A stretch of DNA of 64,000 nt from contig JBDKUN010000033.1 of the NCBI GenBank assembly GCA_039679675.1, forward strand, positions 1 to 64,000, written 5' to 3'. The position numbers and the translations under genes were made by a program. This document shows, piece by piece, positions 48,028 through 59,129 of the stretch. Position 1 is the first letter of the stretch; each line of letters starts with the position of its first letter. The DNA is from Armatimonadota bacterium (GTDB lineage: Bacteria; Armatimonadota; UBA5829; DTLH01). The notes beneath the pieces are model-generated. The model was not told the origin of the DNA. It saw only the letters and a list, made by a program, of their open reading frames with translations, and made no database searches.

Positions 48028-48954
48028 GTGTATGGAGGATTCTTGGCTACACCAACTGTTGATGCTGTAAAAGAAAAACAGAAGACCTGCTGGCCATCTG
48101 TTGAGGATATTATAAAGCACAAGCTGTGGTTTGTGATCGCATTTGTGTGGGCAGCTCTCATTGCTATCACATATTTATTCCCGTTCAAGTGGTGGTGGGG
48201 TGAGTGGTGGAGAGACGAGAGTTATTACTCACATGGCATCCTGATTCCCATAATGTCGGGCTTCATTATCTGGTTCAACTGGAACAGGATAAAAAAGATA
48301 CATATCGAGCCTTCGATCTGGGGTTTTGTTATAATACTGCCGATGCTGTTTCTGAACTATAAAGCTCAGGTAAGCAGTTTAGCAAGTATCGGTGGGATAA
48401 CATTTCCAATAATGCTGGTGGGAATGGCGCTTTTGCTTTTCGGTAAGGCTGTCGTGAGGGAATTGCTCTTTCCCGCAGGGTTTCTATATTTTATGGTGGT
48501 TCCGCCGACATCTATTCTGGAACCGCTCAGCTTTAAGATACAGATTGCATCCACAAATATTGCGGTGATGGGGTTGCATCTGCTGGGGCTTGATGCCGTT
48601 CAGACAGGGACACAGATTCAACTGCCCAATGGTCTTCCGATGGTTGTAGGTGCACCTTGCAGTGGTTTTCGAATGTTGATTGCACTCTTGGCATTTACTG
48701 TTTTCTTCGTTTTTATGAAGAAAGGCCCCAAGTGGGGAAAACTCAGCATGGTTGCTATTGTATTGCCGCTTAGTTTGTTAGCTAACTCAGTGAGAGTGCT
48801 TATGATTGCGCTTGTTGGTGAATATTACGGCGAGGATGCTATGCATGCATTCCACGATTATTCCGGTTATATAGTTCTTGTTATAACTTTTGCAGTGCTA
48901 GTTCTTTTTGCTAAGGTGGTAAAATGCAGAGATTTCAAATCTATGCCTGCGTAA
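48028..48954 (+). CDS. Exosortase (EpsH/Xrt family)
   Basis: 8-TM protein with conserved VGAPCSGFRML Cys motif and Arg; followed by EpsI. Confidence 0.65.
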   Translation: MYGGFLATPTVDAVKEKQKTCWPSVEDIIKHKLWFVIAFVWAALIAITYLFPFKWWWGEWWRDESYYSHGILIPIMSGFIIWFNWNRIKKIHIEPSIWGFVIILPMLFLNYKAQVSSLASIGGITFPIMLVGMALLLFGKAVVRELLFPAGFLYFMVVPPTSILEPLSFKIQIASTNIAVMGLHLLGLDAVQTGTQIQLPNGLPMVVGAPCSGFRMLIALLAFTVFFVFMKKGPKWGKLSMVAIVLPLSLLANSVRVLMIALVGEYYGEDAMHAFHDYSGYIVLVITFAVLVLFAKVVKCRDFKSMPA

Positions 48955-49610
48955 TAACTGTTTTACTGGTCTGTAGTGCAGCTATGGATAGCACTGTGTC
49001 ACGTGCGGGAATGATGCGGATAAAAGGGAATTATGATGGTATTCCTCTGGAAATTTCTCAATGGAAGGGCGAGAACGAAAACCCGGATTTGACTAGCTTG
49101 AAGATGCTGGCTACTGCAAGTATCCTTGCGCGTAGATATAAAAATGACATGGGAGATGTAGCAGATCTTTCAATAGTTCACGCACAGAACCTTGGAGACC
49201 TCCATCAGCCGGAGAAGTGTATGGAAGGAACGGGGTTCAAGCGGTCAAAAAAGACATCGGTGTGGATAACGCCCAACAACGGCAAAAAGCATGAAGCTAC
49301 GATGGTTGTCTTTGCTGACAATAATGGCAACGAAGTAGTTATGATTTACTGGTTCTATATAGACAGCAAAATAGCGTCGAACATGGACAACAAAGGGACG
49401 GCATTCTGGCATTTCCTATGGAGCGGTGCCAAACCTTGCGCAATGATAAAATATACAACCAGTTCCGTAACCGGAGAAGATGATGCGAAGAAAGTATTGC
49501 TATCTCTCGCAGGTTATATAGATTCGTCTGTTCTTGATGTGGTAAAGGTCACTCCTGCGCTTGAGCCAAACAATCTGGCTGTGGATCGGCAGGAAAAATC
49601 CCAAAAATAG
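48924..49610 (+). CDS. Exosortase-associated EpsI family protein
   Basis: LHQPEKCMEGTGFK matches EpsI H.PE.C..G.GW motif; start overlaps exosortase 3' end. Confidence 0.55.
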   Translation: MQRFQIYACVITVLLVCSAAMDSTVSRAGMMRIKGNYDGIPLEISQWKGENENPDLTSLKMLATASILARRYKNDMGDVADLSIVHAQNLGDLHQPEKCMEGTGFKRSKKTSVWITPNNGKKHEATMVVFADNNGNEVVMIYWFYIDSKIASNMDNKGTAFWHFLWSGAKPCAMIKYTTSSVTGEDDAKKVLLSLAGYIDSSVLDVVKVTPALEPNNLAVDRQEKSQK

Positions 49611-49739
49611 ACCCGTGCTTATATTGACCTATATTGGTATGTAAGGAGTATTTAGTATTAATTGTCTTCTGATGATGCCCCGTAGTATTTTGCCTGCAAA
49701 GTAAAGCCAGGAAGACATATTGGCGATACTAATATCGAA

Positions 49740-50894
49740 ATGAAAATTGCCATGCTTGGAACAAAAGGCATCCCCGCCACATGGGGGGGCGTAGAGCGGC
49801 ATGTCGAAGAAATCGCGACCCGGTTTGTTAAAATGGGGCACGATGTCACGGTATACTGCCGCCCGTATTATACGACTACGAATGATGAGTTCTATAAAGG
49901 TGTGCGCCTCAAAGTGCTGCCTACAATCCAAAGCAAGAACTACGACGCAATCACTCATACTTTTATAGCCACGATGCATCTCCTGATGAAGGATTATGAT
50001 ATAGTCCACTATCATGCTCTCGGTCCGGCGACGATGTCGTTGCTGCCGAGACTCGTAGGCAAAAAAACCGTCGCCACAGTCCATGGGCTGGATTGGCAGC
50101 GTGAGAAGTGGGGTCATCTTGCCAAATATTATCTAAAATTTGGGGAACGCGCTGCGGCGGTATTTCCACATGCTACCGTTGCTGTCTCAAAATACCTGAA
50201 GGAATACTTGGAAGCGGGGTATAAGCGCAATGTTTATTATATTCCAAGCGGAGTAATCGAGCCGGAGTTCCTGTCTCCTTCAATTATTCGTTCGTACGGC
50301 CTCGAAGGGGGAGATTACATACTCTTCGTAGCACGTCTAGTCCCTGAAAAGGGCTGCCATTATCTTATCGATGCATATAAACGGCTCAACACTGACAAAA
50401 AACTGGTGATTGCTGGCGGTTCCAGCCATTCGGATGCATATGTCAAAGAATTGCAGGCTTCCGCAAGCGATAAGGTGATTTTTACGGGTTACGTGCATGG
50501 CGCTGAACTGCAGGAGCTGTTTTCCAACGCTTATTGCTATGTTCAACCCTCTACGATAGAAGGGCTTGCCATAACTTTACTGGAGGCGATATCTTACGGC
50601 AGATGTGTTATCACAAGTGATATTCCGCCGAATCTTGAGGCTGCCGAGAATATCGGACTTATTTTTGAAAACAAGAATGTCGATGATCTGGAGCGCGTAC
50701 TCAGGATGGCTGTAGAGGATCCTGATATGGTTGCGGAGTATGGCCAGCGTGCCCGCACGGCCGGAGTCGCTGAATACGGATTCGACAGTGTAGCCGCTAA
50801 GATCGAAAAAGTATACACCGCGATTGCAGACGGTAAAAAAGGCCAAATCGTGGATCTCGATACGCACTCTCACGAGCCGACAATACCGGTATAA
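49740..50894 (+). CDS. Glycosyltransferase family 4 (GT-B)
   Basis: MKIAMLGTKGIPATWGGVERHVEE.. and C-terminal E..E motif region typical of GT4. Confidence 0.75.
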   Translation: MKIAMLGTKGIPATWGGVERHVEEIATRFVKMGHDVTVYCRPYYTTTNDEFYKGVRLKVLPTIQSKNYDAITHTFIATMHLLMKDYDIVHYHALGPATMSLLPRLVGKKTVATVHGLDWQREKWGHLAKYYLKFGERAAAVFPHATVAVSKYLKEYLEAGYKRNVYYIPSGVIEPEFLSPSIIRSYGLEGGDYILFVARLVPEKGCHYLIDAYKRLNTDKKLVIAGGSSHSDAYVKELQASASDKVIFTGYVHGAELQELFSNAYCYVQPSTIEGLAITLLEAISYGRCVITSDIPPNLEAAENIGLIFENKNVDDLERVLRMAVEDPDMVAEYGQRARTAGVAEYGFDSVAAKIEKVYTAIADGKKGQIVDLDTHSHEPTIPV

Positions 50895-50934
50895 CCAGCC
50901 GGTAATCTATAAGAATCAGGAAGGTAGTAGATAT

Positions 50935-51876
50935 TTGGAAGGGATTCTAGTAGCCACATACCGCTGCAACGCGCGGTGCCATATGTGCAATACATGGCAG
51001 TTCCCCAGTTCTCCTGAAGAGGAACTTGATATTAAATATTATGAGCGGCTTCCAAATATGAAGTTTCTCAATATAACAGGAGGAGAACCGTTCATAAGAC
51101 AGGACCTGGCGGAAATAGTCCGCATAGTCAAGCCGAAAGCCGATAGAATATGCATAAGCACGAACGGTTATTTTACGGATAGAGTGGTTGCTCTGGCTGA
51201 AAAATATCCTGATCTGGGTTTCAGAGTCAGCCTTGAAGGGCTTCCTGCGGCAAACGACGAGCTCCGGGGCATTAAAGATGGGTTTGACCACGGGCTCAGG
51301 ACCATCTTGCAGCTCAGGCGAATGGGTGTGAAAGACATCGGGTTCGGCATTACTGTCTCTGATAGGAACGCAAAGGACCTGCTGGAGCTTTACGAGCTTG
51401 CAAACGGGCTGAATGTCGAGTTTGCCACTGCCGTCGTTCATAACGGATACTATTTTCACAAAGAGGATAACGTTATCCAGAAAAAGGAAGAGGTATCCGA
51501 GTGCTTCAGACAGCTTATCCGCGAGTTTTTTAAGACGAAGCGGCCTAAGAACTGGTTCCGAGCCTACTTTAATCACGGGCTTATCAACAAAGTCAACGGC
51601 GGTAAGAGGTTTCTGCCGTGTGAGATGGGTGCCAATGTCTTCCTGGTCGATCCATTCGGTGAGATTTATCCCTGTAATGTACTTCCGGAGAGTATGGGCA
51701 ATATCAAAGACGGGCCATGGGACAAAGTCTGGAACAGCGCAAGGGCGCAGGAGGTTCGTTGCAAGACTCACAACTGCGATAAAGAGTGCTGGATGATCGG
51801 AAGCGCCAGTCCTGCGATAAAAAAGTGTAAATGGTCCGTGCTCAGGTGGATATTGAAGAACAAGTGGAGCTATTAG
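50935..51876 (+). CDS. Radical SAM/SPASM-domain protein (start uncertain; TTG with AGGAAGG RBS proposed)
   Basis: CNARCHMC (Cx3Cx2C) cluster; C-terminal Cys-rich SPASM-like region; ORF-track start 50824 overlaps GT4. Confidence 0.6.
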   Translation: MEGILVATYRCNARCHMCNTWQFPSSPEEELDIKYYERLPNMKFLNITGGEPFIRQDLAEIVRIVKPKADRICISTNGYFTDRVVALAEKYPDLGFRVSLEGLPAANDELRGIKDGFDHGLRTILQLRRMGVKDIGFGITVSDRNAKDLLELYELANGLNVEFATAVVHNGYYFHKEDNVIQKKEEVSECFRQLIREFFKTKRPKNWFRAYFNHGLINKVNGGKRFLPCEMGANVFLVDPFGEIYPCNVLPESMGNIKDGPWDKVWNSARAQEVRCKTHNCDKECWMIGSASPAIKKCKWSVLRWILKNKWSY

Positions 51877-51957
51877 CGAAAGATTGTTTTTGGTATTATA
51901 TAGTGAGCAATCGGAGCGGCCTCTGACAGGCTGCTCCTTTTTATGTGGGGGTTATAG

Positions 51958-52848
51958 ATGCGATTATTCAGAGGCATATTCCAGAAGGTAGACCAACTGC
52001 TTACAGGGCGGCGGCCTGTGGACGATGAGTTGTTTGATGAGCTTGAAGAGATCCTGGTGCAGTCCGATATAAGTATCTATACAGCTACACGGCTTGTTGA
52101 TGAGCTGAGGGATATGACCCGCCGGGAACGGCTGAAGGATACGGATGAGGTCCGTGCGAGATTGGAACAACAGTTGGTAAGTATCCTCGAGGTTGGAGGT
52201 AATTCCGGTCTTGTTGTTTCCCCGGAACCACCGACGGTTTACCTGATGGTCGGTGTTAATGGGGTGGGGAAGACAACGACAATATCGAAGTTGGCGTACC
52301 GTTTCAAGAAACAGGGGAAAAAGGTGCTGCTGGCCGCTGCTGATACGTTTCGCGCAGCAGCCATTGACCAGCTTGAGATATGGGCAGGCCGCGTTGGAGT
52401 GGACATAGTGAAGCACCAGCCGGGCGCAGACCCGTCTGCCGTGCTTTTTGACGCGGTGCAGGCTGGTGTGGCCCGGCACGTTGATTATATAATCGCCGAT
52501 ACCGCCGGGAGGCTTCATACCAAATCGAACCTGATGGACGAACTGAAGAAGATGTCAAGGGTAGTCGAACGTGCGCTGGGGCGTACGCCGGATGAGACGA
52601 TACTGGTTCTGGATGCCACTACCGGGCAAAATGCGATTAACCAGGCCAAGGAGTTCGTAGCCGCCGTCAAAGCCACAGGGATCGCTCTTGCGAAGCTGGA
52701 CGGCACATCGAGAGGCGGAATCGTGATTACTATTAAAGATGAACTCGGCATACCTATCAAGCTCATAGGGACTGGCGAGCACCTGGACGATCTCGATGAT
52801 TTTGATCCCAAAGAGTTCGTCAAAGCGCTTGTTGAAGGCCAGAGCTGA
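51958..52848 (+). CDS. ftsY: Signal recognition particle receptor FtsY (NG domain only)
   Basis: [25 protein letters not shown]-GTPase NG architecture. Confidence 0.85.
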   Translation: MRLFRGIFQKVDQLLTGRRPVDDELFDELEEILVQSDISIYTATRLVDELRDMTRRERLKDTDEVRARLEQQLVSILEVGGNSGLVVSPEPPTVYLMVGVNGVGKTTTISKLAYRFKKQGKKVLLAAADTFRAAAIDQLEIWAGRVGVDIVKHQPGADPSAVLFDAVQAGVARHVDYIIADTAGRLHTKSNLMDELKKMSRVVERALGRTPDETILVLDATTGQNAINQAKEFVAAVKATGIALAKLDGTSRGGIVITIKDELGIPIKLIGTGEHLDDLDDFDPKEFVKALVEGQS

Positions 52849-53024
52849 TATTATTCAACATTTTATGTTAATCATTCTTCTCCACCATGGAAGAACTTGA
52901 TTGGCGGGCCAGTGATATGCGATGGACGCAACTCTGGGCCGCAGCAGAACCGTAAAAAACCATATCAAGCGGTTACTGCAGATGGTCTCACACCATGCGA
53001 GCCTGGAGGAGGTAGAACGAAAAT

Positions 53025-53414
53025 ATGTTGTGGTTAAGAGGAAAGAAGAGTAAGGGAGGTTTCACCCTGATCGAGATTATGATCGTTGTCTTGATCATTG
53101 GAATCCTCCTCGCCATCGCGATCCCGAACTTCCTTAGAGCAAGGGAATCGTCAAGAGCGAAGAGTTGCCAGGGTAACCTCAGGCAGATCGAGACTGCCAA
53201 AGAGCAGTGGGCAATGGATACAAAGGCTGCATCCGATGCAACACCAGATTTGTCGGGAGGCGCAGGCACTCCTCTGGTACCTAATTATATCAAGTCCGCG
53301 CCAGCTTGCCCGTCGAACGGCACTTACACTGTTGGCAATATGTCGACAAGACCGACTTGTAGCGTAGGTGCTACCCAAACAGCCGGTGCTTATGACGCTC
53401 ACATTCTGCCGTAA
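53025..53414 (+). CDS. Prepilin-type N-terminal cleavage/methylation domain protein (pseudopilin-like)
   Basis: GFTLIEIMIVVLIIGILLAIAIPNF class III signal; small 129 aa. Confidence 0.7.
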   Translation: MLWLRGKKSKGGFTLIEIMIVVLIIGILLAIAIPNFLRARESSRAKSCQGNLRQIETAKEQWAMDTKAASDATPDLSGGAGTPLVPNYIKSAPACPSNGTYTVGNMSTRPTCSVGATQTAGAYDAHILP

Positions 53415-53417
53415 ATC

Positions 53418-53470
53418 AGTTTAGACAGTAGTAACCTTGGGTGGCAGGCATATCTGCTGCCCAGGGTTAT
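53418..53470 (+). terminator. Possible terminator hairpin between the two pilin-like genes
   Basis: cttgggtggcaggcat-atc-tgctgcccaggg imperfect stem followed by TTATTTCCATTTTTATT. Confidence 0.3.
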
Positions 53471-53498
53471 TTCCATTTTTATTCCCCTAAATAATCAC

Positions 53499-53855
53499 AT
53501 GCATACCAAGAAGATTCCATATAAACAACACAGAAGTTTCGGCTTTACCCTGCTTGAGATGATGATTGTATTGCTGATTATCAGTACACTTCTTATGATC
53601 GCAATACCATCATACCTGACTGTAAGGGCAAACTCTCAAGAATGCCTGTGCTGCACACACCTGAGGCACCTGCAGGATGCGAAAGAGCGCTGGGCGATGG
53701 AAAATAAGAAGAAGAATACTGACACCCCGGCATTTGATGACCTCATCCCCGCTTATCTGAAGGAAATCCCGAAATGCCCATGCGGCGGAGAGTATAAGCT
53801 TGGAAGTGTGGGTGAGAATACTACCTGCACAATCCCGAACCACAAAATCTACTGA
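53499..53855 (+). CDS. Prepilin-type N-terminal cleavage/methylation domain protein, Cys-rich C-terminus
   Basis: GFTLLEMMIVLLIISTLLMIAIPSY; paralog of preceding gene. Confidence 0.7.
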   Translation: MHTKKIPYKQHRSFGFTLLEMMIVLLIISTLLMIAIPSYLTVRANSQECLCCTHLRHLQDAKERWAMENKKKNTDTPAFDDLIPAYLKEIPKCPCGGEYKLGSVGENTTCTIPNHKIY

Positions 53856-54761
53856 TTATCGGACAGCTCTCGTGCGGAGAAGGTCCTCGTAGTATAGAAA
53901 TTCCTGCGCCCAACCTGCATAATTGCCAAACTTATTCCAAAATACTTGAACAATCTTATTATAAGCGGCAGGCGTGATCGTCTTGGTCTTAAGCTCAGGC
54001 ATGAAGTACCGTACAGCCACCTGCCTGATATGAGTATCGACAGGCACAGCTTCGTCTTTGTCCAATGCAAAAAGGCATATGCAATCGGCGATCTTTGCGC
54101 CGATTCCCCTGATGTTCATGAGCTCGGACTTGGCTTCACCATAACTTGCATCTCTCAGTGATTCAAGCCATCCGGGGGGGCGAGAAAGGATCTGTCTTGC
54201 GACATCTACGATATTAGCACCCCGCCAGCCGAGATTGCCGACTGCGGAGAGTTCATCGGGGTCTGCTTCGGCAAGAGACTCTACAGTTGGAAATGAATAA
54301 TGCTCGCGCCCGCCTATTGTCGTGATGTGCCTGCCGTATCTGCGGGAAAAGCGTTCGATTGCGCTCGATATCCTTGAGACTGAGTTAGCCGTAGAGCATA
54401 TATATGAGAGCGTTGTTTCGTAGGGGTCTTGTCTGACGATCCTGAGGCCTCTAAACCGGCATATGAGCTCACTCATATGCGTGTCAGAGGCTGAAAGATG
54501 CTTGTATATCGCGGGAACATCGTCATTCAGCCGGAAATAGTCCGTAATCAGCTCCAGGCCGGCGTCTGAGGGGTAAGTCTCCCAGAGAAACCCCGAATCA
54601 TCCTCCTTGATCCGTATCAATTTCCTGCGGACAGGGGCAGACCACCAGTTATCGTCGTCAAGCTGCCATCTGAACGCCTGTCCGCACGCCAGCGTGTAGG
54701 CAAGGTTCAAGTATTCTCTAGGATAATTCAGTAAATCGCTCATTTTGCGGGTCAAAAACAA
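53856..54761 (-). CDS. ogg: 8-oxoguanine DNA glycosylase (Ogg, HhH-GPD)
   Basis: N-term LAYTLACGQAFRWQ; HhH-GPD IRGIGAKIADCICLFALD..PVDTH. Confidence 0.75.
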   Translation of the reverse strand: MFLTRKMSDLLNYPREYLNLAYTLACGQAFRWQLDDDNWWSAPVRRKLIRIKEDDSGFLWETYPSDAGLELITDYFRLNDDVPAIYKHLSASDTHMSELICRFRGLRIVRQDPYETTLSYICSTANSVSRISSAIERFSRRYGRHITTIGGREHYSFPTVESLAEADPDELSAVGNLGWRGANIVDVARQILSRPPGWLESLRDASYGEAKSELMNIRGIGAKIADCICLFALDKDEAVPVDTHIRQVAVRYFMPELKTKTITPAAYNKIVQVFWNKFGNYAGWAQEFLYYEDLLRTRAVR

Positions 54762-54822
54762 GAAGGGGCATCCCTCAAACAGGAGCCCCCTCGTGAATAT
54801 TCCAATCTATTCCGCGGAGATA

Positions 54823-55353
54823 CTATTCCTCATACATAGCTGCTTGCTCAATTACGGCTTCGGCCATGAAAATTGGGGCTTTTGCCCTGAGTCCCAAAGC
54901 TATAGCATCACTTGGTCTGGAATCTATCTCCATGGTGTTGCCATTCATCGAGATGTGGACTTTGGCGTAATAGGTCTCATTCCAGAGATCGTCTATCACG
55001 ATCCGCTCGATGGTGCCACCAAGTCTGGAAATGATGTTCTTCATCAGGTCATGGGTCATAGGGCGGTCTGCGGAAGCCCCCTCAAGTGCCACCGATATGG
55101 AAAACGCTTCCGGCCTGCCGATCCATATGATCACTGACCTGCCTCTGGCATCTCGAAGCAGTACGAAAGCAAGCGGCTGCGCAGTAGTGGCATCCTGATG
55201 TTCATAGACGCCGACTACAGTTACTTCCTTTTCTTCCAGGTCACGCTCTTCGGATAGTTCATCTTCCGGCAGTTCGCCGAAATCCGGAATGCCGTCCGGC
55301 GGAACCCCCTCATCAGGATTTTCGTTTTCCTCGAAGTCTGGATCCTGTTCCAC
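54823..55353 (-). CDS. Bifunctional nuclease family protein (DUF151) with acidic N-terminal tail
   Basis: ..RPMTHDLMKNIISRLGG..IDSRPSDAIALGLRAKAPIF pattern of DUF151. Confidence 0.6.
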   Translation of the reverse strand: MEQDPDFEENENPDEGVPPDGIPDFGELPEDELSEERDLEEKEVTVVGVYEHQDATTAQPLAFVLLRDARGRSVIIWIGRPEAFSISVALEGASADRPMTHDLMKNIISRLGGTIERIVIDDLWNETYYAKVHISMNGNTMEIDSRPSDAIALGLRAKAPIFMAEAVIEQAAMYEE

Positions 55354-55411
55354 GATACCGTATCCCTTCGTTATTAGCTATCAAGACCAATTTACCCTGC
55401 CGCCGCTGGGC

Positions 55412-56683
55412 CTAATCCATATCTGTAGATTTGAGTGTTTTATCTACAATCTTGAGGAAGTCTCTATTAGTCTTGGTATGGCGTAACCGGTCGATCAGAA
55501 GCTCTGTGGCCTCGACTGATCCGAGAGCTGCAAGCAGCCTGTGCAGTTGCCATACTCTCTTGAGCGTATCCTCATCGTATAAAAGCTCATCATGGCGGGT
55601 TCCTGACCGTTTAACGTCTACGGCGGGGAACAGCCTCCGTTCTGCGATATTTCTGTCGAGAACAAGCTCCATATTACCCGTAGCTTTGAATTCTTCAAAA
55701 ATCGCATCATCCATCCGGCTGCCTGTCTCAACAAGCGCTGTTCCTATTACGGTCAAACTGCCGCCTTCTTCTATATTACGGGCAGCTCCAATAAAACGTT
55801 TCGGGCGGTAGAGCGCTGAAGGGTCGAGTCCTCCTGAGAGTGTTCGTCCGCTTGGTGTTACCGTAAGGTTGGAAGCCCTAGATAGCCTTGTTATACTGTC
55901 GAGCAGAACCACTACGTCTCTGCCGGATTCCACGAGCCTTTTTGCTTTTTCAAGCACGATGTCCGCGACCCGCATGTGGTTTTCGGGAAGCTCGTCAAAG
56001 GTGGAGCTTACTACTTCTCCGTTTACAGACCGGCGAATATCCGTTACTTCTTCAGGTCTTTCATCAATGAGGAGAACAATCAGGTAGACATCGGGGTGGT
56101 TTTTGGTTACGCTGTTTGCTATGGTTTTCAGAAGGGTTGTTTTTCCTGCCTTAGGCGGTGCGACAATCAGTCCTCGCTGCCCTTTTCCGATCGGCGCTAT
56201 CAGATCGATAAACCTCGCCGAAATGTTCTCTGGTGTCGTCTCCAGGACAAGCCTTTCGTTGGGGTAGATCGGGGTGAGGTCGTCGAAGTGCTTTCTGCTT
56301 CTGGCCGCATCAGGATCAGCCCCATTTACGGCTTTTACCCTCAGAAGGCTATAGTATTTCTCACTGTCCTTAGGCGGGCGCACCTCTCCTGTGATCGTGT
56401 CGCCTGTTTTCAACGCGAATCTCTTTATCTGGGATTGAGAGACATACACATCCGTAGGGGAGGGTGAAAAATTATTGTGCCGGAGGAATCCCCATCCGTC
56501 CGGAAGTATTTCAAGCACGCCTTGATCGAATATCAGGCCGCTCTGCTCGGTCACGGTAGCGAGGATTTTGAACACAAGGTCCTGTTTTTTCTGAAACCCG
56601 TCCTCTATCCCGAGTCCTTTTGCGATTTCCTGGAGTTCCTCGAATGTTTTTCTCTCCAAATCTGCTAGTTCAAGCTGGTCCAC
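55412..56683 (-). CDS. rho: Transcription termination factor Rho
   Basis: N-term RNA-binding, Walker A GKTTLL, canonical Rho. Confidence 0.9.
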   Translation of the reverse strand: MDQLELADLERKTFEELQEIAKGLGIEDGFQKKQDLVFKILATVTEQSGLIFDQGVLEILPDGWGFLRHNNFSPSPTDVYVSQSQIKRFALKTGDTITGEVRPPKDSEKYYSLLRVKAVNGADPDAARSRKHFDDLTPIYPNERLVLETTPENISARFIDLIAPIGKGQRGLIVAPPKAGKTTLLKTIANSVTKNHPDVYLIVLLIDERPEEVTDIRRSVNGEVVSSTFDELPENHMRVADIVLEKAKRLVESGRDVVVLLDSITRLSRASNLTVTPSGRTLSGGLDPSALYRPKRFIGAARNIEEGGSLTVIGTALVETGSRMDDAIFEEFKATGNMELVLDRNIAERRLFPAVDVKRSGTRHDELLYDEDTLKRVWQLHRLLAALGSVEATELLIDRLRHTKTNRDFLKIVDKTLKSTDMD

Positions 56684-56916
56684 GTTTACTCACCTCGTCG
56701 TTGGCATAACCTGCCATAGGGCAATAAAGAATAGTTGCAACAGGCACTCTCAGCTGGGCAATAAACTTGCATCATGGAAGAGTTTGCACGACACTTACGT
56801 GAGCGCCTGTGCTGGTTGAAGTTTAGTGTTTAGAATGATGGCTAAAGAAGCTATGGCCGCCACTTTTTCGGCCGGTTGAGGTCTTCTTATGGCTCCATCG
56901 GGTATTATACAATAGA

Positions 56917-56945
56917 TGCCGCAAAATGTCTAGTGCGGCATCTCT
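56917..56945 (-). terminator. Hairpin downstream of hpt (GATGCCGCA-loop-TGCGGCATC), possible terminator before rho leader
   Basis: Perfect 9-bp stem; flanked by AT-rich sequence on both strands. Confidence 0.35.
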
Positions 56946-56977
56946 ATATTTACGCTTTAAATCATGTCGGTATGAGT

Positions 56978-57547
56978 CTATCCGCCGCCGTAAACTTCCG
57001 GTTTCAAGACTCCGATAAACGGCAGGCTTCTATATCTGCCGTCATAATCCAGTCCATAGCCGACTACATATCTATCTTCCACTATGAACCCGTAATAATC
57101 AATACCTACGTCGACGGCCCTTCTGCTCGGCTTGTCGAGCAACGTGCAGACCTTCACACTTGCCGCTTTTCTCGACCGAAGGTTCTCCACTATATAACTG
57201 AGCCGCAGTGTCCAACCCGTATCGACAATATCTTCGACTACAAGCACATGCTTGCTTTCAATGCTGGAATCAAGGTCTTTTAAGAGCCTTACTACACCGG
57301 ATGATCTCGTATCAGCCCCGTAGCTTGAGATAGCTACGAAGTCATAGTCTACAGGAATAGTTATATACCTCACGAGGTCAGCCAGAAATATTGCGGCTCC
57401 CTTTAATATACCCACTAAAACGAGTTCTTTACCCTCGTAATCTTTCGATATTTGTTCGCCCAGAGCTTTGACTCTCTCCTTGATAACATCCTCTGAGATC
57501 AATATCTGTGCGAGGTCACCGACCAATGGATTTTTGCTTTGTCCCAT
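56978..57547 (-). CDS. hpt: Hypoxanthine phosphoribosyltransferase
   Basis: VLVVEDIVDTGWTL PRTase motif, canonical Hpt. Confidence 0.85.
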   Translation of the reverse strand: MGQSKNPLVGDLAQILISEDVIKERVKALGEQISKDYEGKELVLVGILKGAAIFLADLVRYITIPVDYDFVAISSYGADTRSSGVVRLLKDLDSSIESKHVLVVEDIVDTGWTLRLSYIVENLRSRKAASVKVCTLLDKPSRRAVDVGIDYYGFIVEDRYVVGYGLDYDGRYRSLPFIGVLKPEVYGGG

Positions 57548-57557
57548 TGTGACTAAA

Positions 57558-59129
57558 TCACTCCCACTCTATAGTCGCTGGCGGCTTGGAACTGACATCA
57601 TAAACAAGCCTGTTGACGCCCTGGACTTCATTTATTACACGGTTGCTGATCCTTTCCAGGACCTCCCAGGGGAGTCTCGCCCAATCCGCCGTCATTGCAT
57701 CTTCACTTGTTACCGCTCTAAGCACGATCGGATAAGCATAAGTCCTCTGGTCTCCCATAACACCTACGCTTCTGATCGGAGCCAGAATAGCAAACGCCTG
57801 CCAGCATGTTTTATAAAGGCCTGCGCGCTTGATCTCTTCCGCAACAATAGCATCGGCATCTCTTAAAGTTTCCAGCCGATCCTTTGTGACTTCACCTATA
57901 ATTCGTATGGCAAGTCCGGGGCCGGGGAACGGCTGCCTCCAGACTATGTCAGTCGGCAATTCCAGTTCCTCTGCAACGCGCCTTACCTCATCTTTGAAAA
58001 GGAACCTGAGAGGTTCGACCAGCTTCAGGTTCATGTTCTCAGGGAGTCCGCCCACGTTGTGGTGTGTCTTGATCTTCGCTGCCTGCCTGGTCCCGCTTTC
58101 GATTACGTCAGGATAGAGCGTGCCTTGCGCAAGATAATCTACTTTTGCGAGCTTTTTCGCTTCTTCCTCAAAAACCCTGATGAACTCTTCTCCGATGATC
58201 TTTCTTTTCTGCTCAGGGTCAGTGACGCCTGCAAGACGCGTGAGGAACCTTTCTTCGGCGTCTATGTAGATCAGCTTTATCTTGAAGTTTTCCGCGAATG
58301 TCTCTCTGACATTTTCGGCTTCACCCTTACGCAGCAGGCCATGGTTTACGAATATGCATGTAAGCTGGTCGCCGATGGCTTTATGGACCAGCGCTGCTAC
58401 GGTGGCTGAATCGATTCCGCCTGAAAGAGCGCAAAGGACTGACTTATCGCCTACCTGCCTCTTTATCTGATCGCAGGAGAGCTTGACGAAGGACTCCATC
58501 GTCCAGAGCCCCTGGCATCCGCAGCAATTGTAAAGGAAGTTGCGAATAATCTCCACGCCCCATGGGGTGTGGACTACTTCGGGGTGGAACTGGACTCCAT
58601 AGAGTCTCTTTTCGTGGTTAGCCATGGCTGCAACCGGCGAGTTCGCCGTGCGTGCAGTCACTTTGAAGCCAGGAGGAGGGCTCTGAACTGCATCACCGTG
58701 GCTCATCCAGCAGATGAGCTTCGGGTTGAGTCCGGCGAACAGATCAGCATTGTCTACGACATCAAGCTCGGTCTTGCCGTATTCTCTTCTGTCACCTGGA
58801 ACGACGCCGCCGCCGAGTTGATACGACATCAACTGCATCCCGTAGCAGATGCCGAGAATCGGGATTCTCAGGTCATACAGCCTTGGGTCGCAAGTCGGAG
58901 CGGCATCTTCATAGACGCTCGAAGGACCGCCTGAAAATATGATGCCTGACGGCTGCCTTCTGATTATCTCATCGACCGGAGTGTCATACGGCATAATCTC
59001 GCAGTAGACTTTGCATTCACGCACGCGCCGCGCGATCAACTGGCTGTACTGCGCGCCGAAGTCCAGCACGATCACGAGCTGTTTCGTAGCTTGCTTTGTG
59101 GAAATATTAACTTTCGGCGTCATCGCCAC
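57558..59129 (-). CDS. guaA: GMP synthase (glutamine-hydrolysing)
   Basis: GATase ICYGMQ + ATP-PPase SGGIDS, canonical GuaA. Confidence 0.9.
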   Translation of the reverse strand: MAMTPKVNISTKQATKQLVIVLDFGAQYSQLIARRVRECKVYCEIMPYDTPVDEIIRRQPSGIIFSGGPSSVYEDAAPTCDPRLYDLRIPILGICYGMQLMSYQLGGGVVPGDRREYGKTELDVVDNADLFAGLNPKLICWMSHGDAVQSPPPGFKVTARTANSPVAAMANHEKRLYGVQFHPEVVHTPWGVEIIRNFLYNCCGCQGLWTMESFVKLSCDQIKRQVGDKSVLCALSGGIDSATVAALVHKAIGDQLTCIFVNHGLLRKGEAENVRETFAENFKIKLIYIDAEERFLTRLAGVTDPEQKRKIIGEEFIRVFEEEAKKLAKVDYLAQGTLYPDVIESGTRQAAKIKTHHNVGGLPENMNLKLVEPLRFLFKDEVRRVAEELELPTDIVWRQPFPGPGLAIRIIGEVTKDRLETLRDADAIVAEEIKRAGLYKTCWQAFAILAPIRSVGVMGDQRTYAYPIVLRAVTSEDAMTADWARLPWEVLERISNRVINEVQGVNRLVYDVSSKPPATIEWE

